This document shows positions 1-6,928 of a stretch of 59,156 nucleotides of DNA, one piece after another (positions within the stretch are counted from its first letter, which is position 1; every line of letters begins with the position of its first letter). Source of the DNA: Ignavibacteria bacterium (GTDB lineage: Bacteria; Bacteroidota; Ignavibacteria; Ignavibacteriales; Ignavibacteriaceae); contig DRJC01000200.1 of the NCBI GenBank assembly GCA_011052365.1, forward strand, positions 1 through 59,156. Direction: 5' to 3'. The position numbers were made by a program, and so were the translations under genes. Below the pieces are notes generated by a model. That model did no database searches. It was given only the letters and a program-made list of their open reading frames with translations, and had not been told where the DNA came from.

Positions 1-675
1 AAACCTTCTCTTTTAAGTGTTGATGAAGTTCAAACATTATTTCACGAATTTGGTCATGCATTGCACGGTTTGCTTTCAAATGTTACTTACGAATCAATTT
101 CGGGAACCGAAACACCGAGAGATTTTGTAGAATTTCCATCTCAGGTAATGGAAAATTGGGCAATGTATCCTACGGTATTAAATAAGTACGCAAAGAACTA
201 CAAAACAGGTAAAGTAATTCCAAAGAATTTAATAGAAAAAATTAAAAACAGCAGCAAGTTTAATCAAGGTTTTAAAACTGTTGAATATTTAGCCGCTTCT
301 TATTTGGATATGGCGTGGCATACAATAACAGACACAACATTGCTTGATGCAAATAAATTTGAAGAAAAAACTATGAATGATATCGGATTGATCCCTGAGA
401 TAATTCCGAGATACAGAAGCACGTATTTCAATCACATATTTTCCGGTGGATATTCTGCAGGTTATTACGGCTATATTTGGTCGGAAGTACTTGATGCAGA
501 TGCATTCGCTGCTTTTGTGGAAAGCGGTAGTGTTTATAACAAAGAATTAGCGGGCAGGTATAAAAAGTATATTTTATCCTCCGGCGGTTCTGATGATGCA
601 ATGACCCTTTATAAAAAGTTTAGAGGCAAAGAACCGAGTATTGAACCGTTACTTGAAAGAAGAGGGCTGAAATAA
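1..675 (+). CDS. dcp: M3 family zinc metallopeptidase (peptidyl-dipeptidase Dcp / oligopeptidase A-like), C-terminal part; 5' end lies outside the window
   Basis: Frame 1 is open from nt 1. HEFGH zinc motif (HExxH) is encoded at nt 43-57, followed by ALHGLLS...RDFVEFPSQVMENW, typical of M3 peptidases. Stop at 673-675. Confidence 0.8.
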   Translation, partial: KPSLLSVDEVQTLFHEFGHALHGLLSNVTYESISGTETPRDFVEFPSQVMENWAMYPTVLNKYAKNYKTGKVIPKNLIEKIKNSSKFNQGFKTVEYLAASYLDMAWHTITDTTLLDANKFEEKTMNDIGLIPEIIPRYRSTYFNHIFSGGYSAGYYGYIWSEVLDADAFAAFVESGSVYNKELAGRYKKYILSSGGSDDAMTLYKKFRGKEPSIEPLLERRGLK

Positions 676-704
676 ATATTAATCATTCACGTTACGCAAA
701 AAAC

Positions 705-744
705 AGAGATGACATCTTTATTAAAAAATAAAGATGTCATCTCT
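705..744 (+). terminator. Long perfect hairpin after the peptidase gene (probable rho-independent terminator)
   Basis: AGAGATGACATCTTTATT / AATAAAGATGTCATCTCT inverted repeat (18 bp arms, ~4-5 nt A-rich loop), followed by TTTGCTATT. Confidence 0.6.
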
Positions 745-792
745 TTGCTATTCACTTTTCTGCGTAATATGAGTTAATAAAATAGAAATTGT

Positions 793-2514
793 ATGTACGG
801 TGATTTGAAAAAAACCGGCTCTGATAAACGATACACTCTTAATTTGTGGTTTATAAAATTGAGATGGATTGCGGTAGCAATATCTTTTATTCTAATCTAT
901 CTTGCTGATTATCACTTTCATTATTTAGAAAAAGGAAGTTTTTGGCCTTTAATCTTTATAGTTTCATTTCTTTCCCTTATTAATATTATTTATAAAATTC
1001 TATTAATAAAAAGAATATTTTTTAATTTTTTAGAAAAAATACAAATATTTATTGACCTGTTAATACTTTCTCTAATGCTTCAATTTTCCGGAGGAATTGA
1101 AAACCCCCTTTCTTTTATTTATTTATTGCACGTTATTTTAAGCGGGATACTGCTTTCAAAAATTGACTGTTATAAAGTAGTTTTTATTGCCACTCTTTTT
1201 TACGCTATGATTTCTATCGGTGAATTGTATGGGGTTTTACCGCACTACACTTTATTAATATATCCGCACACAACCGAACAGAATATTGAAAATGCTGATT
1301 TGGGAACGGAAACTCATCAACATGCAGAAAATGAAAGTACACTGGTTCACGCCGCACATTACCCGTTATACGTTTGGAGCATGATTGGATTTAATTTTTT
1401 CATAATGCTGCTTACCGCCTATTTTATTACAACAATTATGGAACGTTTAAGGAACGAGGAAAGAGAAACACTGGAAAAATATCAATGGTTGCAAAAAGTT
1501 CTGCAAGCAACCGGGGCAGGGTTACTTATTTTAAATAAAAAACTAAAAGCCGAATGGATGAACGAACCGATTAAAAATTGGCTGAATATTAAAGAATTAG
1601 ATAGAGAAGAAACAGATCTAACTATCTCCGAATGGGTAAAAGAAAAACATAATGTAATTGCACAAATATTTATCGACGGAATTATAAAAACAATTGAACT
1701 TGATAAGATAACAGAAAGCGGGCAGAAACAATTTTTTCAAGTTACTGTTGCTCCATTATTCGGTGCTGATGGTGATATTTATCAAATAGTTGAACTCGTT
1801 CAGGACATCACTGATAAAAAAATATTAGAAGCCGAAATGCTTCATTCTTCTAAAATGGCAATCGTCGGTACTATGGCAGCAAGTATTGCACACGAAGTTG
1901 GAAATCCTTTATCATCTATTGCTACAAGACTAATGTTGTTGGAGAATCAAAAAGATCCTGCTTTTTTAGAAAAAAGTATTCCGCTGCTTCAGAAAGAAAT
2001 TGAAAGAATAAAAAGAATTGTAAGAGGAATCTCTCAGTTTGGGAAACCGGCAAAGGAAGTATGGAGTGTTTGTCAAATCAACAGAATAATTTCAGAAACC
2101 GTTGAAATACTAAAATACCATAAGACATCAAAAAAATGTGAAATTATTACAAGTTTAAACAACAGTTTACCACCCACCTTAGCTTCTTATGATCAACTGA
2201 AACAAGTTTTCCTCAACTTGGGACTTAACGCATTTGAATCAATGGAAAACGGGGGAACTTTGACAATTGAAACGGATTATGAAAGAGGAAACATTTTAAT
2301 TAAATTTACGGATACAGGTAAAGGAATTAATCAAAGACTTCTTGACCAAATCTTCAATCCTTTTTTCTCAACAAAGGAACAGAGTTCGGGTTTAGGTCTT
2401 TTTATAGTTTATCATATTGTTCAGGCACACGGAGGCGAGATTAAAGCATATAGCAAAACGGGTAAAGGTTCTACTTTTAAAATCTATCTGCCAATACAAC
2501 AACATTCAAAATAA
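793..2514 (+). CDS. Membrane sensor histidine kinase (multi-TM N-terminal domain, PAS-like region, HisKA + HATPase; NtrB/AtoS-like)
   Basis: About 6 hydrophobic helices in the first ~220 aa. H-box SIAHEVGNPLSSI, N-box LNLGLNAFESM, G1 DTGKGI, G2 SGLGLFIV. Lies 9 nt upstream of a sigma-54 response regulator. Confidence 0.9.
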   Translation: MYGDLKKTGSDKRYTLNLWFIKLRWIAVAISFILIYLADYHFHYLEKGSFWPLIFIVSFLSLINIIYKILLIKRIFFNFLEKIQIFIDLLILSLMLQFSGGIENPLSFIYLLHVILSGILLSKIDCYKVVFIATLFYAMISIGELYGVLPHYTLLIYPHTTEQNIENADLGTETHQHAENESTLVHAAHYPLYVWSMIGFNFFIMLLTAYFITTIMERLRNEERETLEKYQWLQKVLQATGAGLLILNKKLKAEWMNEPIKNWLNIKELDREETDLTISEWVKEKHNVIAQIFIDGIIKTIELDKITESGQKQFFQVTVAPLFGADGDIYQIVELVQDITDKKILEAEMLHSSKMAIVGTMAASIAHEVGNPLSSIATRLMLLENQKDPAFLEKSIPLLQKEIERIKRIVRGISQFGKPAKEVWSVCQINRIISETVEILKYHKTSKKCEIITSLNNSLPPTLASYDQLKQVFLNLGLNAFESMENGGTLTIETDYERGNILIKFTDTGKGINQRLLDQIFNPFFSTKEQSSGLGLFIVYHIVQAHGGEIKAYSKTGKGSTFKIYLPIQQHSK

Positions 2515-2523
2515 TTTCGATTT

Positions 2524-3879
2524 ATGGTTACAAAAATATTACTAATAGATGATGAAGAGCTTTTCAGAGAAGATTTTGCACTTCTACTTAGGAATGAAGG
2601 ATATAAATGCCTGACTGCCGCATCTGCTGAAGAAGGTCTTGAAACAGTTAAAAACGAATTCCCCGATATAATTTTTGCCGATATAGTAATGCCCGGTAAA
2701 AGCGGGATAGATATTTTGGAAGACATTAACAGAATAAATTCAGAAGGTTCCATAATAATAATGACCTCATACGGCACATTAGAAACTGCGATAAAGGCAT
2801 TCAGATTCGGAGCTATAGATTATATTTTAAAACCAATTGAGTTTGAAGAAGTATTAATTAAAATTGAAAGAATTATTCAGCACAAAAAATTATTAAATGA
2901 AGTAAAATTTTTAAGAAAAGAAGTTTTTGAAAACGCCGAAGAATTTTCTTTTGTGGGTAAAAGTGAGCCTATAAAAAACGTGAAAGAACTGATAAATAAA
3001 GTGGGACCTACAAACAGTACAGTGTTGATTAATGGAGAATCCGGTACCGGGAAAGAAGTGGTTGCCCAGGCAATTCACCAAGTAAATGATAATGCAGATA
3101 AACCGTTTATTGCAATAAATTGTTCAAGTCTACAGGAAAATTTATTAGAAAGCGAGTTGTTCGGACACGTTAAAGGAGCCTTTACAGGTGCTATTAAGGA
3201 TAAAGTAGGTTTTATGGAAGCGGCAGGAGAAGGCACAATATTTTTGGATGAAATCTCAGAAATACCGATAACTTTGCAAAGCAAACTACTGAGAGTTTTA
3301 GAACAAAGAGAATTTTATAGAGTAGGCGGAACAAAAAAATTTCCGTTAAACGCAAGAATAATTACATCCACAAATCGTAATTTAAAGGAAAGTATAAAGA
3401 ACGGTGATTTTCGTGAGGATCTATTTTATAGAATCGCTGTTTTTGAAATAGATTTAGTACCTTTAAGAAAAAGGATAGAAGATATTCCATTATTAATAGA
3501 ATATTTTATAAAAAAGTTTAATAATGAAATGAAGAAGAAATATATTAGTGTTTCTTCCGATTCTATGAAAGCTATGATGAATTATAATTGGCCTGGCAAT
3601 ATTAGAGAACTACGCAATGTAATAGAAAGAGCAATGATTTTGTGTGATGACAAAACAATTACACTAAACGGATTACCTTCCCAAATAAAAGGCACTGCAC
3701 AAATAGCTAACAAATCAAAAAGTCTAAAAACCACAATTAATCTCTATGAGAAATCCTATATTACGCAAATTCTGAAAGAAAACAACTGGAACAAAGAAGA
3801 AACTGCAAGAATACTAGAAATTAATTCTTCAACGTTGTACAGAAAAATAACTGAATTAGGAATTTCTGAAGAAAATTAA
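2524..3879 (+). CDS. Sigma-54-dependent response regulator (REC + AAA+ sigma-54 interaction domain + Fis-type HTH; NtrC family)
   Basis: REC domain (ILLIDDE...FADIVMPGKSG). Walker A GESGTGKE, ESELFGH, GAFTGA sigma-54 contact loop. C-terminal HTH ETARILEINSSTLYRKI. Confidence 0.93.
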   Translation: MVTKILLIDDEELFREDFALLLRNEGYKCLTAASAEEGLETVKNEFPDIIFADIVMPGKSGIDILEDINRINSEGSIIIMTSYGTLETAIKAFRFGAIDYILKPIEFEEVLIKIERIIQHKKLLNEVKFLRKEVFENAEEFSFVGKSEPIKNVKELINKVGPTNSTVLINGESGTGKEVVAQAIHQVNDNADKPFIAINCSSLQENLLESELFGHVKGAFTGAIKDKVGFMEAAGEGTIFLDEISEIPITLQSKLLRVLEQREFYRVGGTKKFPLNARIITSTNRNLKESIKNGDFREDLFYRIAVFEIDLVPLRKRIEDIPLLIEYFIKKFNNEMKKKYISVSSDSMKAMMNYNWPGNIRELRNVIERAMILCDDKTITLNGLPSQIKGTAQIANKSKSLKTTINLYEKSYITQILKENNWNKEETARILEINSSTLYRKITELGISEEN

Positions 3880-3895
3880 GACAACACATAAAACT

Positions 3896-3951
3896 CACTA
3901 CTCTTTATGCAAATAAAGTAACTTTGTATAAGTAACTCTTGCAAAATTGCA
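3896..3951 (+). promoter_or_regulatory. Candidate upstream activator sites for the NtrC-type regulator (two related copies)
   Basis: CACTACTCTTtaTGCAAA at 3896-3913 and AACTCTTGCAAAA at 3934-3946; the second runs into the perfect palindrome TGCAA-aa-TTGCA (3940-3951). The 12-mer ACTCTTGCAAAA recurs at 6214-6225 in the paralogous intergenic region. Confidence 0.45.
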
Positions 3952-4038
3952 AAATATTTGTAACTCTCTCTAAAAAGAAATCCTCCTAACTAATTTAATA
4001 ATAATAAATTACATAGATTTAGCTTTCCATTTTAATAA

Positions 4039-4054
4039 TGGCACAGTGGTTGGT
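4039..4054 (+). promoter_or_regulatory. Sigma-54-like -24/-12 promoter candidate (TGGCAC-N5-TTGGT)
   Basis: TGGCACagtggTTGGT has GG-N10-G spacing as in the TGGCAC-N5-TTGC consensus, but the -12 position reads GG instead of GC. It lies 70 nt upstream of the ATG at 4109 and directly downstream of an NtrC-type activator gene. Confidence 0.4.
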
Positions 4055-4108
4055 ATGCACCAAAAAAATATATTGTAATAATAAACAATAATAACATCAG
4101 AGGATAAA

Positions 4109-4537
4109 ATGAAAAAAACAAGATCGAAACTAACCATTTTAACAGCCGTAACTGTTGCAATAGTAGCCATATTGTTCTTTTCAATTGATAATTTTGGAAA
4201 TCCGGGCGGAAGTAATTGGAAAGTACCCGGTGTAGCTAAAAAACTTAAAAACCCTGTTCCTTCTTCAAAATTATCCATCAAATTAGGTGAAAAATTATTC
4301 GTACAAAACTGTGCAACCTGCCATGGAGAAAGTGGTGTCGGTGACGGGCCCGTAGGTAAATTCTTAGGAAAGAAAGTTGCCGATTTAACATCTAAGGCAG
4401 TACAGAGTCAAGTAGACGGTGTGATATTTTATAAACTTACCAAAGGCAGAGCTCCGATGCCCTCTTATAAAACAATATTAAATACAAAACAACGCTGGTC
4501 TGTTATTAATTACATTAGAACACTTAAATCTAACTAA
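4109..4537 (+). CDS. Class I monoheme c-type cytochrome, N-terminally membrane-anchored or secreted
   Basis: N-terminal hydrophobic helix, single CATCH heme motif, downstream Met ligand region (GRAPMPSY). AGAGGA Shine-Dalgarno before the ATG. Clear paralogue of the 6390-6869 product. Confidence 0.85.
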   Translation: MKKTRSKLTILTAVTVAIVAILFFSIDNFGNPGGSNWKVPGVAKKLKNPVPSSKLSIKLGEKLFVQNCATCHGESGVGDGPVGKFLGKKVADLTSKAVQSQVDGVIFYKLTKGRAPMPSYKTILNTKQRWSVINYIRTLKSN

Positions 4538-4560
4538 TCATAAATACGGAGAAAAATAAA

Positions 4561-5688
4561 ATGAAAAGAATTCGTTTTATACTGTTTTCGGCATTGGCAA
4601 TTCTCATTGGCTCTGCTACTCAAAATCCGGCTCAAGAAAGTACTGACTTACAGAGTCAAATTCAAAAATTTCAAGCAGGTACTCATCAGTTTATGCTTGC
4701 TGGATATGCAGTTACAAGCTTTATAAAGGAAGAAGGCAATCCTTCACAATTTGAAAGTGCCTTTATGCCAATATTCTTATTTAAGGCAACAGATAAAGTA
4801 TTTTTTGAAGGTGAATTAGAAATAGAAATTGAAGATGGAGCTCAAGAAATGAATCTTGAATATGGGCAAATATTGTATTTATTTAGTGATTACCTGATTT
4901 TTGGTGCCGGAAAATTTCTTAATCCCACAAACTATTTTATTGAAAGGTTACATCCGGCTTGGATAAATAAAATGCCTGACAAACCTTTAATGGTACATCC
5001 GGGTACAAGAATGCTGGCCAGCCAACATTTAGGATTTCAATTAAGGGGTGCAGTACCTATTAAGGGTAGCAAAATAGAATACTCTTTCTTTGTTGGGATG
5101 GGACCTGTATTAGACCCTGCAACAGGTGAAGTAACATTTACAAATTATGGAGATAATAACGATAACAAATCTATTGGCGGAAGAATAGGTTTTATACCTA
5201 TTCCAAAATTTGAAATCGGATATGGTTTTGAAGTTGCTAAAGTAGGCGATGCAAATACAAATTTAGAAAGTGTTAAAGCAATAAACAATGTAGTAGATTT
5301 TTCATATGCTAAAGAAATAAAAGGACTAAAGGGCGGAGTAGATTTAAAAGCTCAATTAGTATGGCTAAATATTGATAATCCAAATATTGCACCATTAATT
5401 TACAGTAATGACTCATTTGGCGGTTATGCTCAAATTTCGTTCCGTCCATACAACTCACCAAGTGAATTCTTTCAAAATTTAGAATTCGTTTATCGTTATG
5501 ACTGGAGTGACAAACCGAATAAAGCTCCATCAAATGAATATATTAAAAGGTCTGGTTTTGGCATTAATTATTGGTTAACTTCAAGCAGCCTATTTAAATT
5601 TGCTTATGAAACATCTAATATCGATTTACCTAACGGAAGTACAACTAATGAACACCGTTTTATTGGTCAAGTTGCATTTGGTTTTTAA
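4561..5688 (+). CDS. Putative outer-membrane beta-barrel porin, no heme motif
   Basis: Signal peptide (ALAILIGSATQNPAQE), alternating hydrophobic/polar strand pattern, Gly/Tyr/Asn-rich. C-terminal ...GQVAFGF ends in Phe (OMP signature). No CxxCH. Confidence 0.6.
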   Translation: MKRIRFILFSALAILIGSATQNPAQESTDLQSQIQKFQAGTHQFMLAGYAVTSFIKEEGNPSQFESAFMPIFLFKATDKVFFEGELEIEIEDGAQEMNLEYGQILYLFSDYLIFGAGKFLNPTNYFIERLHPAWINKMPDKPLMVHPGTRMLASQHLGFQLRGAVPIKGSKIEYSFFVGMGPVLDPATGEVTFTNYGDNNDNKSIGGRIGFIPIPKFEIGYGFEVAKVGDANTNLESVKAINNVVDFSYAKEIKGLKGGVDLKAQLVWLNIDNPNIAPLIYSNDSFGGYAQISFRPYNSPSEFFQNLEFVYRYDWSDKPNKAPSNEYIKRSGFGINYWLTSSSLFKFAYETSNIDLPNGSTTNEHRFIGQVAFGF

Positions 5689-5708
5689 TTATTTAGGAGA
5701 AAACAAAA

Positions 5709-5984
5709 ATGAAATTGAAAAGGAAATACATAACCGGTTTTTTACTTGTTTTAGGCTTTTTTGTAGTAGTGGCTATTTCAGGTTGTGCATCTACAACTGA
5801 CATTGCCGATAGATCGGGTGCTGAATTATGGGGCAATAACTGCGCTAGTTGCCATAATATCCGTCCACCCCAGACTTTAACAGACGCACAATGGGAAGTT
5901 GCTGGAATTCATATGAGAACAAGAGCTAATCTTACAGGCGTAGAAACTAATAAAATAATAGAATTCTTAAAAACGGCTAACTAA
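5709..5984 (+). CDS. Small monoheme c-type cytochrome lipoprotein
   Basis: Lipobox VAISGC, single CASCH motif, 91 aa. Starts 20 nt after the barrel gene. Confidence 0.75.
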   Translation: MKLKRKYITGFLLVLGFFVVVAISGCASTTDIADRSGAELWGNNCASCHNIRPPQTLTDAQWEVAGIHMRTRANLTGVETNKIIEFLKTAN

Positions 5985-6010
5985 TTAGGGATTCTATTTG
6001 ACTCAAAAAG

Positions 6011-6040
6011 ACCGGGTGACAAAACCATCCGGTTTTTTTA
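6011..6040 (+). terminator. Rho-independent terminator closing cytochrome/porin module 1
   Basis: ACCGG...CCGG stem followed by TTTTTTTATTTT. Confidence 0.6.
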
Positions 6041-6157
6041 TTTTAAATGAGTGAATCTATTTTAACCATAATGGGTATTATGTTTTTGCAGTTAATACTT
6101 CTAACAAATAAAAAAAATGTATTAAAAAATTACTCCGGTAAATACGGCAATAATTAA

Positions 6158-6177
6158 AAAGGTTATTGATAACCTTT
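6158..6177. promoter_or_regulatory. Perfect 9-2-9 palindrome (possible protein-binding site)
   Basis: AAAGGTTAT-tg-ATAACCTTT in the intergenic region upstream of module 2. Confidence 0.3.
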
Positions 6178-6209
6178 GTATTTGAATATAAACTTCCTCA
6201 TTAATGCCC

Positions 6210-6235
6210 CACTACTCTTGCAAAAATGCGAGAGT
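6210..6235 (+). promoter_or_regulatory. Candidate upstream activator site, paralogous to 3896-3951
   Basis: CACTACTCTTGCAAAA contains the same 12-mer ACTCTTGCAAAA (6214-6225). It is embedded in the imperfect inverted repeat ACTCTTGC-aaaaat-GCGAGAGT (6214-6235). Confidence 0.45.
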
Positions 6236-6319
6236 AAAAAGAAAACACAATATCAGCATCCGTAACTATTTTATATAATAAACAATAACTTACGAAATAA
6301 TACTATTCTTTTATTATAT

Positions 6320-6335
6320 TGGCATTAAAGTTGAT
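6320..6335 (+). promoter_or_regulatory. Sigma-54-like -24/-12 promoter candidate (TGGCAT-N5-TTGAT)
   Basis: Same block spacing as 4039-4054. Lies 106 bp downstream of the shared 12-mer and exactly 70 nt upstream of the ATG at 6390. The -12 position reads GA rather than GC. Confidence 0.4.
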
Positions 6336-6389
6336 TAATAGTAAGGTTAGTTAATAATTTTTCACAAATAAATATTGAGTGTAAATAAA

Positions 6390-6869
6390 ATGAACAAAAA
6401 AACGGTCTCAAGAAGTTTGCTAATATTGGCTGCAACTATAATATTCTTTGCGTCCCCAACAATAAATGCGCAGACCAATAATTGGAAAGCTCCAAAAATT
6501 GCTGATAGACTTAAAAACCCATTAAAAGGAGATCTTTCAGCGGTTAAAAAAGGCAAAGAATTATTTGATATAAATTGTGTTACTTGCCACGGTGCAAAAG
6601 GATTAGGAGATGGTATTGCAGCATCAAGTTTATTTCCAAAACCTGCAAATTTAACTTCTAAAGAAGTTCAAAAACAATCTGACGGTGCTATTTATTATAA
6701 GATTACAAAGGGAAAAAACGCCATGATATCATGGAAGTATTCATTATCAGAAAAACAACGCTGGCAATTAGTTAGTTACATAAGGGAATTAGTACCTCAT
6801 AAGGCAAAGGTTAAAGTTAAAAAATCAACAGCCAAAAATGTAAAACTTAAAAAGAAAACTAAGATATAG
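6390..6869 (+). CDS. Class I monoheme c-type cytochrome (paralogue of 4109-4537) with a Lys-rich C-terminal tail
   Basis: Signal peptide ending INAQT, CVTCH motif, NWKAPK...LKNP... aligns with the 4109 product. The ORF track starts at TTG 6375; ATG 6390 is preferred because it reproduces the 70-nt promoter-ATG spacing of the paralogue. Confidence 0.85.
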   Translation: MNKKTVSRSLLILAATIIFFASPTINAQTNNWKAPKIADRLKNPLKGDLSAVKKGKELFDINCVTCHGAKGLGDGIAASSLFPKPANLTSKEVQKQSDGAIYYKITKGKNAMISWKYSLSEKQRWQLVSYIRELVPHKAKVKVKKSTAKNVKLKKKTKI

Positions 6870-6928
6870 TTTGGAACGAAACATAAAAATGAACTCGGAA
6901 AGAAATAAAAATTAATAGGAGATAAAAA

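Noticed and set aside
2484-2777. An antisense ORF overlapping the kinase/regulator junction. Many similar 60-130 aa ORFs on the track lie opposite long genes, for example 3075-3284, 8892-9236, 11133-11410, 12135-12821, 13959-14285, 15231-15867, 24378-24695, 32043-32429, 33490-33849, 40416-40817, 43145-43940 and 56709-57080.
   Set aside because: - They lie entirely within well-supported genes on the other strand.
- Their composition is low-complexity (Ser/Phe/Ile/Leu-rich), typical of shadow frames in AT-rich DNA.
- They have no RBS and no recognisable motifs.
5600-5800. A 66-aa ORF bridging the porin 3' end and the lipoprotein cytochrome 5' end.
   Set aside because: It is out of frame with, and overlaps, two better-supported genes, and it has no motif.
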